From: Anthoceros angustus
Taxonomy: Eukaryota > Plantae > Anthocerotophyta
Reading direction: 5' to 3'
Length of the DNA: 64,000 bases
Assembly (NCBI GenBank): GCA_010909165.1
Contig: VJWM01000283.1
Location: 1 to 64,000 of the forward strand
In this document: in pieces, positions 10,250 to 22,498 of the stretch
Numbering within the stretch: the stretch's first letter is position 1
Layout: each line of letters starts with the position of its first letter
Made by a program: the position numbers and the translations under genes
Notes under the pieces: model-generated
Seen by the model: only the letters and a program-made list of their open reading frames with translations
What the model was told of the DNA's origin: nothing
Databases searched by the model: none

Positions 10250-11900
10250 CTTGCTAGCCTTGTCTCCAATGCTCGTGAAGTCGATCAGCATCCCCATGTC
10301 TTGAAGGGTGAACACGGGACATCAGCCAATCTCTCAGCCAATTGCTCAGCAGTGAGAGCTTGAGGCAAGAGGGACAGCTGATTCCAAGCTGGATTCTCCG
10401 GAGTCGTCCCTGGCGTGTTGTATCTGCAGCTCTCCCAAAATGGTCCTCCCCGAATAGGGATGGCTGCTCCAGTGGTAGGCGTGTTGAGATCGAGGCATGG
10501 CTGCACGTGCCCTCCGCCGGGTACAGTCCAGGAGATCCGGATGCAAATGGCGGAAGGCAACTCACGCCTACCCATGGGTGGCGGTGTTGAAAGATGCTGA
10601 TGGTGGCAACAATGAGCCACACTGCGCTTGTCGGTGGCCCATAGTCCTCCTCATCCTCGCTGTAGAACAAGGGCTTCGCATGGCAGCTCCAGGCGGGGTA
10701 GAGTCTTATCATCTGCTTGGGTGAGGCGGCAATAGACGCCTCAAGGGAGGCCACCTTCTCGGTGGTGGCAGCGACCTTGGCCTTAGCCTTGTCACGCTGT
10801 TGCTTGTTGCGTGAAATTCCCAAATTGGCAGCCCGGGGACTTGCTCCCGATGCATTGGGTGCAGCCCCCTTCTGATTTCGACGTTCCGGGTGCTTCTGAA
10901 AGCACACTGTCACAAGATGGCCAGTCTTGTGGCAATGAGAGCACACCAGTCCCTCCATAGGGCACTTGCATGCTGGTGCCAAATGTTTGGGACTCCCACA
11001 GCGGTTGCACATGGCTTCCATGGTCGCTGCAGCACCGGCCTTGGCTGGCTTGGCCTGAATGCCCTTGATGCTGAACTCCCACTCCCGGCAGTCGTCCCCT
11101 TGCTGTGAACATGGACTGGTAATGTGTAAACGCCTTGGAATGCCGGGAGGCATAGGCAGAAAAAGCAATCTCCTTGCGCTCCGCCTCCTCATGCACCTGC
11201 TCAAGAGTGTACCGGTCCCCATACTTGTCCACCAATGAGGTGACAAGCTGGAAATGGAACAAGGAGTCCCCTCCGGTACAGAAACTTCTCGGCCTCCGGT
11301 GCGTGAGCATGCCGGTCCCTTCACGCAACTTTTGCAACCTCCGAAGGTCATCATGCCTCCCTTTCTTACGCCAGCTAGCAAGCTCGGCGATTTTCTCGGC
11401 GTCTTGAGTGGAAACGCCCTCTCTAGGATCTGCATGAACTCCTCCACCGGATTGGTATACTTGGGGGTATGGATGAACTCATCCACTCCCACGGTAGTCA
11501 CTCTTTCCACAAGTCAAGCTGTGACTGGGTGGCGGCCTTGTGGGCAGATGCCATCAACAATCCCAGCTGGATGGGCAATGATTGTTGCGGCCAACTTAGC
11601 ATTGTAGGCCAGCTGCAATGCATTCTGAAAAATCGGGTTAGGAGTGGCTGCTGTGGACAACAACTCAGATTGGTGGACCTCATACAAATCCAGCGCTTCA
11701 TCTGTCAAGTAACTGGATAGCTGCTCGAACATGTACCGATGATTATACACCGTTCCATGCTTGAACTTCACTCGGCTGATCATGCTGTTGACAAACAGCT
11801 TGAAGTCCCGCAATGTTTGTGTACCTGGCCTTCCTGAAAAGCGCTCACGGAAGAGGTTCCTCCTCCCTCCATAGTGTCTCGAATCTCGATTGATCCCGGT
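10250..11900 (-). pseudogene. Gag with two CCHC zinc knuckles
   Basis: FSGRPGTQTLRDFK..FEQLSSYLTDEALDLY capsid-like region; CNRCGSPKHLAPAC and CSHCHKTGHLVTVC at 10900-11009. Confidence 0.85.
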
Positions 11901-12814
11901 CCAAATGGAGTTGGAAGCCGAGTATCCGAGGATGGTGAGCTTGGGGACGTCCCTCGCTGCGGAGGGCCATCCGTGTGAATGCCCTTGGGGACGGTCCCAT
12001 GATCGACTGAATCTTGGGACTGTCCCGAGAATGGCGAAACCTGGGACTGCCCTGGAAATAGCGAGCACTGGCTGGGCACCTCCTCTCCTTCAATCCATCA
12101 TTGATGTGAAATCAGTGAAGGGAGACCAGCTGATTGCTGGTTCAGCAGCTGAGGGAGATGAATCAGGTCGAGTGTTGGCCTCCACGCCCCCTTGAAATTG
12201 ATGCCTCTAGGCGCTTCTTTGTGCGTATGCATCAGGCAGGTGACCGACCTTGAATGCTACGGATCTCAGCCGATAGCGTGGGCTGGTCCCATGTTCACCA
12301 GATTGCATGTCCCCATGCAAACTTGGTCAGCAAAAAGAAGATGCAATCACTGTCCAACCAAGCCAGTCTCCGCTATCCCCGTGAAGGGAATCAGTCCTGG
12401 CTGACCCTAGCAATTGGCTGATGCAAACAACGCTCCTCTTACTGGAAAAGTTCACAATGCTGGGACACAATTGAAATTGCTGTCCAGCAACTCTAGGCTT
12501 GACTGTCACGGTGAAATTGAGTCCAACAGTCTCAGCAAGGACCGATTGAAAGTAAAATCCAGGAGGATGCCTCGCTAACCAAGTGCGGTATTCTTGCTAA
12601 ATGTCAGTGCCTGCTCCTCTCCTAGGCTAGATCTGATTGCTGGAAGTGCACTCCTTCTCACAAATCTGCTGTTGAGCCCAGCTACCTAGCACATTAGAAA
12701 TTGAAAGCTGAAAAAGGGTTGTGCATCCACAGACCATGTAGCTTGGATGAGTGCCCCGCAGAAATTGCAAGACTATCCACTTGAAATTGAAGATTAGAGG
12801 TGCTTAACCGCAGG

Positions 12815-12957
12815 GCGCCTCAATGCCGAATGTTGAGGCGTTGGGGCGCTCAAATGCCCAATATTGAGGCGTTCGAGGCGCCTCCAGCCCAATGTGTTGG
12901 CGCGGCGCCCAATGCCCAATGTTGAGGCGTTGTTAAGGGCCTCAACGCCCAATGCCT
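12815..12957. repeat. Short degenerate ~30 bp tandem array in the element leader
   Basis: Repeated AATGCCCAATGTTGAGGCGTT-like units. Confidence 0.6.
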
Positions 12958-13091
12958 CGCGTGACCCAGGAACCCGTCGTGGGTGCTGTAGATCTCGCAA
13001 ACGCGCTGCTGTCCCGCTGTATTTGCTGGACAGCGCTTCTTGGCTGATCCTCAGCTCCCACGCTCCAGCTCCCAGCGCCCGCTCACGGGGT

Positions 13092-13873
13092 TGTTGAAGT
13101 GAAAAGCACGCATGCGTTGGCGCGCATCGATGCTGATAGAGGTAGAGGGGCCTCACACGATTGTGAGGCTGGTGGTCTGGAAATCGTGCCCACACACTGC
13201 GGATCGCCTCCCAAGGTCGATCCCAGGAAAACATCAACACATTCCACACACCAAAATTCCCAAATTGCAATGCTTCTTTCTCCTTACCTCTCGTGCACGA
13301 CTTCAACAACGCCTACAATGGGCGCCTCTCTCCTTTTTCCAGCGTCCATCTCAATCTCCACGCTCAGATTCACTTGGCGCTGGTCCCTTGCTTTCCCATG
13401 ATTCCTCTGCCAGGCACCCTTGGTGTGTGGTCATCATGGGCGCCCTTCACCTGCAGCAATTCTAGGGTACACTACGGCTAACCTAAGCCAACTCCTAGGT
13501 GTTGTTAATGAAACAACCCTAACTAAACACACACGAAAACTAATGTGAATGTGTTAGTTTGGTTGGTCAAATATCATACCCTTTAAGCAAGCGCCCTAGC
13601 CTATCTCAACAAAAGGAAAATAAGGCTAAGGTAAGTAAGTAGTAGGTCCTAAGACAGACCTCAAGTTCTTTGGGACTTAGAGTGTCTGAGGCGTTCGAAA
13701 AGTGAGTCCGGGACGCGTCGGGGCTGGGAGAGTCCCGGACGCTTGATCGGGGCCCAGGAGAGTCCGGACGTCGGATAGGAGAGTCCCGGGGCTCGGGGCT
13801 GGGAGAGTCCCGGGACCGAGCCCATCTCTAGTCACGCTGCACATCCGCGGTCTCCCAATTTGTTGTTTTCACA
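13092..13873 (-). repeat. 5' LTR-like terminal repeat of the DNMT retrotransposon
   Basis: TGTTGAAG...TTTTCACA; homologous to 4352-5071 and 18940-19628. Confidence 0.78.
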
Positions 13874-15029
13874 GCTACTTCCTTCACGCTTCACATGGCG
13901 GCGACCTTCCTCTCTCTTTTCCCCTTCCTCTTATGCTCCAGCTTCAGTCCATCGCGAAGTGAAGATGTCTCAGTTCGAAGGGAGAGTGGGCGCTGCCTAA
14001 ACTGGATTTTGCCCTCTTTGGATTGTTGCCACTTGGAGGTCTCTGAACCCTATATTGGATTAACTGTCCTAAAATACCTAGCCCTGCCTAAGTTGCCTAT
14101 TTCCCTGTCCTATTTTCAGCCCCTAATTAATTACCTTCTAACTAACCCAATTCTCCCTATTTATTTATTCCCCTATTGGTGGGCATATATAGTGGATATA
14201 CCCCTATCCTAATTTTCCTTTTTAGCCGAGACGTCGATCGGCCTACGCGATGATCTACCGACCTTACCGCAGTAGTCTCGCTCCTTTCTCGACCCTCACC
14301 GGGTGGCGACCACAGTGGGTGATCTCAACCACCGCCCCTTTGGGCTACCTACCTGCCTCACCAAGAGGTCATTTTGACCCGCTTTTTCTCCCCTAAGCAT
14401 TATTTTTATCTACCCATCGTCACCTAACAACTTCAGCTCTCAGAGAATCGAAAAAGTTTCGGCATGTCTCTTCCCACTCATTTCTAGCAAAAAAAAATCA
14501 GGTCCATTCCACAACTGGCTCGTTTAGGCTGGTTGCCCAAACTTTTACGTTCCGCAGGGTGTCATTTATATGATATTTTGTTTCAAGAAGAAGAAGAAGA
14601 AGACTAGAAAGGTACAGAAAACATGCAACTATACACCTAATTTCTTTGCAACTTTCATAATTTAACTCATTCTTGAGTGTCTCTTTGTCCTAGTTTCTTT
14701 CGCATGATGTTGGTAGGATTCTACAACATTTCTTGCATATTTCCACTTTGCCAGTAAAGTTATAGCTTTACAACCATCTTGCAGGCAGCTTTCCAGTTTT
14801 TTGAGAACTCGAACATCGCTCCCGAATATTATTCTAGGCGTCAAGACTCTGTTTTGAATTCACATTGATCCGATACACTGTTTGTCATGAGGTTTCACAA
14901 AGCAGCCTATAAGGGGATGCGATTGAGCATAGAATGCAATAGGCAATGCTAGAATATTTGGCCTTGAACTAGATTATGGTTGGTTTACAACAGAGGTTTC
15001 AAGTTGGATGATGTGGCACTCTTTTGGGT

Positions 15030-15295
15030 ACTCATTTACAACAACGGATTGATGACGTGGCTCCCACGTTGTAGATTACGTTGTAAAAGCCTTTTTTTCA
15101 AAATTTGATCTTTATTTTTCTAAAAATCTTTATTAACATCACTAATCACAAAAATATGATTGGAAGTCATTTACAATAGCATGCGATGATGTGGCTCCCT
15201 TGTTGTAGATTACGTTGTAAAAGCCTTTTTCTCAAAATTCGTTCTTTATTTCTTCAAAACTCTTTATTATTATTATTAATCACGAAAATATGAGT
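15030..15295. repeat. Tandem duplication of a ~135 bp AT-rich unit
   Basis: GATGA(C/T)GTGGCTCCC..GTTGTAGATTACGTTGTAAAAGCCTTTTT..CAAAATT occurs at ~15050 and ~15185. Confidence 0.8.
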
Positions 15296-15810
15296 GCCAT
15301 AGTTGAGCGTTGGGTGCCATTTTTATTGGGCGTTCGGCGCCATTATTGGGCGTTAATCGTGTGCCATAGTTGAGCATTGGGCGCCATTATTGGGCGTTAA
15401 TTGTGCGCCATAGTTGAGCATTGGACGCCATTATTGTTGGGTGTTGGGCGCCATTGTTCGACGTTATTTGGGCACCATTGTATGGCCAGCCATTGTTGGG
15501 CATTAGGCGCCATTGTTGGGCGTTAATTGGTTGCCATTGTTGGGCGTTATTTGGTGCCAGTTGGGCGTTAATTGGCGCCTTATTGTTGCGTTAGCCATTG
15601 TTGGGTGTTAATTGGGGCACCATTGTTGGCGTTATTTGGCGCCATTGTTGGGCGTTAATTGGCGCCATTGTTGGGCGTTGTGCTGGCAAGCCATTCTCGG
15701 GCATTAGGCGCCATTGTATGGCAAGCCATTGTCGGCGTTGGGCGCCATTGTATAGCAAGACATTGTCAGGTGCTGGGCGCCATTGTATGGCCGGTCATAT
15801 TTGTCGGGCG
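15295..15810. repeat. Degenerate GGGCGCCATTGTT minisatellite (possible DNA-transposon subterminal array)
   Basis: Numerous variants of TTGGGCGCCATTGTT/GGGCGTTAATT over ~500 bp. Confidence 0.8.
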
Positions 15811-17015
15811 CAAGCACGGCACGAGCGCAGTTCTATTGCACAATATTGGAGCTCGTTTCTTCTAGGAGATGCTACCTTTTCCTTGCATAGAGAGCCAACA
15901 AGGGATGTTTGATGCGAGGGAGGCTACTTGCAATTGGTATTGAATAGATTGGGGCACAAGGGGTGATTTTGGGAGTGGTTTTCACTAAAACAGGTTGGGG
16001 TTAACGTTTCATCTTGGAAGGTTGATTATCTTTGTTTGTCGGAGAAAGGCTAGACAAGCTATAGCTTGGCATAGTTATCTTGCTACCATTGGCAAAAGTA
16101 CTCAAGGAAATTAGATGTTGATGACAAAGGCATTTTAAGGTGCACAAATCAATTGGGAGTATGTTCAAAAGGGGCTCATAGTTCGAGTCCGCCTCATCGT
16201 ATCGTTCGAGTTCCCATGTTCGGGCTTCACGGGTATTTGAATGAGCGTATATTAGTGAATAGATTGGGGTTTAGATTTTGATGGGGAGGTGGTGGTTCCG
16301 CCTTTTGTGGGCCATATGAAATTCTAATGCCTTCATATAGTTTGCTAATCGTCTAGTTAGCCTTGGTCGATTCGGATCTGCGGTAGTCACTCGTCTCACG
16401 GTCGAATTTACTTCGTGATTAAACTTCTCTAGGAATTCATGCTCTCATTACATTTCTTACTAACAAAGGCGGAGCATGTGCGAAAGCTCAAGGTCCTTGA
16501 ATATCTCTGAGATTACTTCAAGGATAAGTATGTCTTTGCATTGTTTCCTTGTCCCGTCTATGTACCCTTTCCTTTCATAAGGCCATTTCGAGCTCGGGAA
16601 AGGATGTTTGCTATGAGGAAGGCTAATATTTGCTTGGGTTTGGTTTGGTTTGGTTTGACTATCTTTGTCTATCCAAAGAAATTTGGACAAAGTGGGAATA
16701 GTCGAGGATGTACATGCTACTATCGTTGGCAAAAGTACAGGAAACTAGATCAACACTTTAATGACAAAGGCATTACGAATGATGAACTAGAAGTATATAT
16801 GTTCGATTATAAGGGGCTCATGGTTGAGTCCCGCACCATCGTAAAAATAATTCACACATTATAAGCAAGCCTTGTATATGTTATAATTAAGACCAAACTC
16901 AAACCCCAAGCATGGTATCACATTTGAAATTTCAAAACCTTCTAACACCGCATACATGACGTATCGCTCATTCTCAATTCCTCATCAATGTACGTAAGAT
17001 GATATCTATCGTAGC

Positions 17016-18136
17016 TCATTCGCTGTTGTCCTCATCTTTTTTTATTGTCATCCTGGTCTTCGCTTTTGTCCTCATCTTTGCTTTCATTCTCATCTTCCTT
17101 GGCATCCTCATCTTTGCTTTCATCCTCATCTTCCTTGTCATCCTCATCTTTGCTTTCATCCTCATCTTCCTTATCATCCTCATCTTTGCTTTCATCTTCA
17201 TCTTCCCTTTCGTCCACATCTTCCTCTTCTTCCTTGTCGTCCTCATCTTCCTCTTCTTCCTTGTCGGCGTCCTCGTCTTTTGATTCCATGTCCTTTTCAT
17301 TTTCGCTACCCTCCTCATCTTCCGTAGTTTCTTCATCGATATATCCTCTCTACCTGCATCCTCGTCTTCCTCATCATCCGCATCTTCCTTGTCATCCTCA
17401 TCATCACTATCACCATCATCTTCCCTGTCGTCCTCATCTTCCATGTCATCTTCATCTTCAACTACATGTCTTCCATCAAAATCGTCACATTCTACTACAC
17501 GTCTTCCACGGGCAATTGTACCAACCACAAGTTTCCAAGATTTTTTGGGTATTTTGCATAAAAAGCTCTACTCCAATTTCGGAGATACCATCGAATGGTT
17601 ATCTTTGACTTTTCTTGAGATAACGTTTTGTTTGGATTCAACATGACCATACCAGTGGAGTCATCTCTTTTCTCTCATGTCCTATCCTCATTCCAAGGGG
17701 TGTGGAACCACTTTACCTTGAGCACATTTATATTTGTGGTAACTCCAAAATCAACTTCGTAAATCCTCTCCACTGTTCCAACATACGGAAGCTGTGCTAC
17801 AATAGGTTCAGGGTCACCCTGTTTTTCAATACATAGAAATGTATATAGTTGTGTTATGATGCTATCACAAGTTTGTTTCCCAGCATCAAGATGTGCCGTC
17901 CGAATATGATGTCCATATGCCCACATCATGCTATAAGAACGCACAGATTCAAATGGCCCTCTTACAAGTGCAACCACCTCCTTTCCATATATTTCTAATG
18001 CAGTTCCCCTTTTAGATGCTGCTTCTACCTCATCAATCAACCACTCCACAAAAGGGCGATCTTTGATTTCGTTGTCATCATATACTTCTTTCAATTGCTT
18101 AGTCCACTCTGAGTTTTCTAATATCACTTTCCTCAC
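17016..18136 (-). pseudogene. CACTA (En/Spm) Tnp2-type transposase C-terminal region with acidic tail
   Basis: ALVRGP..VRSYSMMWAYGHHIRT..D...TCDS; YVGTVERIYEVDFG....VLKVKWF (DUF4216-like); KKSWKLVV...RGRR; then D/E-rich tail. Confidence 0.78.
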
Positions 18137-18624
18137 TTGACGAGGGACAGCAGTGGGCCTCCCTACGACAGCCCCATTGGTTATGCTAGCCCTTCCTACT
18201 TGCCCAAGTTCCGCCGACTTGCTGGTTTCTCATTCTCTTCCACCCATACCAGCTCTTCTTGTAGCTTCCTCCGCAATGGAAGCTGCCTTGACTCTCTCCA
18301 CGAGAGCTTCTTCACTCTTCACCGCCGTAGGGAGTGGATCCGACTCACCTCTTCCTACCACTCTCTTCCCCGGTGCTCTTGCTAGATGAACTTCTTCTTC
18401 TTCTCCTTCCTCATCTGCGTAGGACACGAGTAGGCTCCTCCATCGCTTTCCTTTTCTTCCCGTCTCTTGTTGGGGGGACTTCTCTCATGGGCTTAGGGAT
18501 TCCTGCATCCAATGATACCACTTGGAAATCCATCTTGGAAAATTCCAATTCTCGCTAATAATCCTTGAGCTCATAAATGAATCGAAATCCATTTGTGAAT
18601 GCCCTCCTTCTCCCGGATCGCCAT

Positions 18625-19628
18625 TGATTAGAGTTGAGGCGGAAAAGCACTACACTCCCAGAGCATGGGACTAGGACAAGTCTCACACCAAAATGTCAAG
18701 ACCATCCACAAGAAACAAGGGTCGAGGTGACAATTTCTGCCAGTCTGATTGTCGCTGGCTGGCTGGGCCAATACACCTCCAATGTCATATGTCGTATGTT
18801 GTCGAATGTGGAATGGCTGCCCTCGTGTCTCGCTGCATCGCACCGTGGGTGCTCCCCGATCTGCCAAGATGCTGCCCCGCCCATCTCGCATGCTGCTTCC
18901 GGTCTCGGCCCCACGCCTCCAAAACATGCAATTCTTGGTTGTTGAAGTAAAAATCAGCGTGCTGAACAACAAAGACGCTGCTTGGATGTAGCGGGGCTCA
19001 CACGATGAGGTTCGAACCGAACACACGCTTCTGGATTGCCCTCCAAGTTCGATCTCAAGGAAAACATCAACACATTCCACACACCAAAATTCCTTAAATT
19101 GCAATGCTTCTTTCTCCTTACACGCTCTGTGCACGACTTCAACAACGCCTACAATGGGCGCCCTCCCTCCTTTTTCCAGATCCATCTCAATCTCCACTCG
19201 ATTCACTGGGCTTGGTCCGTTGCTTTCCTGATTCCCATGCCCTCGCAGACCCTTGGTGTGAGTCATCATGGGCGTCCTTCACCTGCAGCTGTTCTAGGGT
19301 ACACCTACGGCTAACCTAAGTCAACTCCTAGGTGTTGTTAATGAAACCAACCCTACTTAACAAACCTGAAAACTAATGTAAACGTATTAGTTTGGTTGTT
19401 CAAATATATATACCCTTCAAGCAACTACCCCTAGCCTAGACTAAGGTAAGTAAGTAGTAGGTCCTAAGACAGCCTCAAGTTGCGGGGACTGAGAGTGTCC
19501 TAGGACGCGTTGGGCACAGGTGAGTCCGGGGCTTGTCGGGGCCCAGGAGGAGGAGGAGTCCGACATGGATCGAAAGACCCTATCTCTAGTCACCTTGCAC
19601 ATCCGCTGTCTCTAAGCTGTTGTTTGCA
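18625..19628 (-). repeat. Third, more diverged copy of the DNMT-element terminal repeat plus adjacent leader
   Basis: 18940-19628 aligns with 13092-13873; weaker similarity of 18625-18940 to 12690-13090. Confidence 0.78.
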
Positions 19629-19629
19629 T

Positions 19630-20740
19630 GACACTCACTCGGTGGAGGCTTGGTGCTTTGCAGCTGTGGGGTGACCGGTGCACAAATTCGAGCTTCTATC
19701 CAAGAGGACATCCCAAAGGCACGTGGCAAGCTAGTCTCGGTCACGGGGCCCATTGGCTTCATCCTCTCCACCGATCATCCATGTGTCCGAGCAGGGTCCC
19801 GGGACACCGAGACTCGGAGCATTGGGACTGTGGAAGTCCCGGGATTCTGGGACAGCCTAAAGGGTAGCCATGAGTACCTGAGGCATAGCCAATTGGACAG
19901 TATCCACTTCAATGCTGCCATGCAGATCCAAAGGAATGTAGGTGATGCGCTGTCCTCCGCTCTTCCAATCAGGGCGATAGGCAACTTGCTCGGTCCAATT
20001 GTCCACGCTAACACCTGGTGGGAACAAAAACTCCTGTCCAAGGAGAATGTCATAGTTAATTCTTTGTCATCGTGACAAAAGGGGTCAAGCACGCATCATG
20101 TCCTATAAACGGCAAATCCACATACTAAAGTGATAGACACGCGCCCAAAGTCTTTCTCCCTACAAGCAGGCTCAAGGATGCACATCTGTCACCCGCATGT
20201 TCCAAGGTGAGTCTTCCGGGAGGCGTCACCACTCCAAATGCAACTTGGCAAGGGCGTAGCCTTTTCAAGAATCACGGCTAAGCCCACATGTCAAGAGAAA
20301 CGAGCTTGGTAGTACCCATTGATCAGCACATGTCCCTCCCGATTGTCCACCATGGCATTAGAGACGAGCGGATAGCCGATTAGTAGGCTGGATCCATGGC
20401 CGATCTTGGCGGGGTGATGCTCGATGAGAAGAGCATACGCCAAGATAGCCGGAGGTGGGATTGATCTGGTATCCGAAGGTGAGGCGATCCTATCCGTGAG
20501 AGGATCGGTCCGGCTGTGCCCAAGTGGGGAATAGTCCCGACTGTTCCATGGGATAGTGACACACATGCCCCCGCCCTATGTCCTCAGAGCGATCGCCCTT
20601 GGTGGCATGATGGAATCTCTTGCCTTGTCTCCAATGCTCGTGACGTCGGCACCCATCCCCATGTCTTGGAGGGTGAACCACCGACAATAGGACCAATCTA
20701 ATCACCCAATTGCTCAGCGGTGAGAGAGCTTGAGGCAAGA
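19630..20740 (-). pseudogene. Gag-end/protease fragment of a second DNMT-family element
   Basis: Aligns with 9323-10370 (ACTCACTCGGTGGAGGCTT; HHPAKIGHGSSLLIG; MVDNREGHVLING); protease DTG degenerate here. Confidence 0.85.
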
Positions 20741-20789
20741 GGAATCCACATTATTTGTTGAGCGGTGAGGTCTGAAATTTCTTGGAATC

Positions 20790-21660
20790 ACGGAATCATG
20801 CTTGACAGTTTGTCTAGGGAAGGATTGTTTTCTTGAGCACTAATGTCTACGAAAGGGAGTCTTATACAAGCTTGGTTCGGATGAGAAAATTCGACGTTGT
20901 TTGAAAGCGAAGGAAGCTTCGCTTGTCACAGAAGCTCTGCATGTAGAAGAGGCTGGAGGGCATTACTCGGTGCAAATCATGGTAAAGCAGATCAAGGATG
21001 CAGGCTTTTGGTGGGCTACAATGTAGGGAGATGTGTGGGATTATGGTCGGAATTATGTGATGCATGCCAGCGGGTTGGGAGGCCAACTTTTTCGACACAG
21101 TGGCCTCTTACTTACATTCTGCTATCAGCACCGTTTGAGAAGTGGGGCATAGACTTTGTGGGTCCAATCGAGCCACCCACAAAATGGACAAGGAAACAAT
21201 ATATCTTGGTGGTTGCGGACTATTGTACAAAGATGGTGGAGGCTGAAGCAAAAAGGAAGGACGACGCACCAGCGGTAGCAAATTTTCTCTTTGAGAACAT
21301 CATGTCTGGCACTGGATGTCCTTTGAGGCAAAGTCAAATATAGGAAATTCATTATCAACTCTTCAAGAATGTTAGTCTCACCACCTACTTCAACATTTGG
21401 CATCGAAAGACGACTCCTTACAATCCCAAGGCAAATGGTTTGACGGAGAAAACAAATGGTATGATGTGTACAATCTTGACCAAGGTAATTGTAACTCACA
21501 TGTACGATTGGGACACTAAGTTACATTCAGTGTTGTGGGCCTACAAGATAGCGGAGAAAGTGACAACCAAGAAGACTCCTTATTATTTAACATATGGCAT
21601 GTCTCCTGTGATGCCCATGGAATTTGAAACCTTCAAGTTGTGACCACCTACACACATGCA
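20790..21660 (+). pseudogene. Athila/Tat-like gypsy integrase fragment
   Basis: ALHVEEAGGHY..AGFWW, CDACQRVG, PFEKWGIDFVGPI, YILVVADYCTK, PYNPKANGLTEKTN, WDTKLHSVLWAY, TPYYLTYG. Confidence 0.92.
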
Positions 21661-21673
21661 GCAGATTATAAAG

Positions 21674-21912
21674 TGTTGTGACATATGTGCCGACTACACT
21701 GGAAGCAGCACTTTGGGGCACGGTTCACATGTGTGGACAATCAATTAAATAATTAAGTTCAGTAAATAGCGGTTAGTCAAGTTTTACCTCGGCGGTTAGA
21801 CTTAGAGTTAGTTATTAGGAACCAGCAGTTATAACTGCAATAATCTATTGTATAAATACCCGTTCATTATCAATGTAGATTATCCTTTTCTCAAAAGCTT
21901 TGGCGCATTTCA
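21674..21912 (+). repeat. Copia A 5' LTR
   Basis: Near-identical to 27223-27458; contains TATAAAT. Confidence 0.95.
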
Positions 21913-21924
21913 TGGTATCAGAGC
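21913..21924 (+). promoter_or_regulatory. Primer binding site (initiator tRNA-Met)
   Basis: TGGTATCAGAGC immediately after the LTR CA. Confidence 0.95.
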
Positions 21925-22498
21925 AGAGGAGTCGCGCCCCGGTCGGTTTCGTGCACGCGCCTCCCGTCTGGCTCTCCTCAGCCACTCGACATGGCGCACA
22001 CCCGGAGCAACGGCGGCAAGCTTCAACGATCCTGAGCCACCTACCATGCCTCGGCGTCGCACTGAAGCTCGCCCGGCAGGGAACGCCGGCGGAATCACCC
22101 TTGCACCTGACATGCTGGTACGCGATGCGCCACCACGAGCGAATCAGGCTCGCCTGCTGTTGATAACACCTTGATCACTCAGCGACGGCCACCTTCCCGA
22201 GCAAGCAAAACCTTATCAAGAATTCACAGAGTGACAACCTACCTGTACGCCGTAGCAGCACGACTTCCCCAGTGCTTTGCAATCCAGCAATCTCCTCCAA
22301 GGATTACCTTAAGAGCCAGCTAGTACTGATCAAGTCACAGATGGAGGCACTTCTCGTCGCCATCTCCAATCTACCTATACACATGCATAATGAATCAGAA
22401 GCACTCTGAACAGGCGTATGCCTCGCTTCGATCCACTAGGTCAGCATACTACAAACTTGCTTGCTAAAAGACTCACCCGTCTTGTAAATCGCACAGCA

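Larger units (their letters stand above)
4352..13873 (-). mobile_element. Ty3/gypsy LTR retrotransposon encoding a C5 DNA methyltransferase and a PHD finger
   Basis: Direct terminal repeats 4352-5071 and 13092-13873 enclose, on the minus strand, gag, protease, DNMT, RT, RNase H, integrase and PHD in gypsy order. No clear PBS, PPT or TSD found. Confidence 0.88.

Noticed and set aside
14530-14561. GGTTGCCCAAACTTTT resembling a Tc1/mariner TIR
   Set aside because: No partner repeat, TA TSD or mariner transposase found.
15295-15810. CRISPR-like array
   Set aside because: Degenerate abutting units without unique spacers, no cas genes, eukaryotic context.
16170-16200. tRNA gene
   Set aside because: Only a T-loop-like motif; no cloverleaf can be drawn.
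16999-17608. Hydrophobic (FILIF) and poly-Ser plus-strand ORFs
   Set aside because: Shadow frames of the minus-strand acidic repeat.
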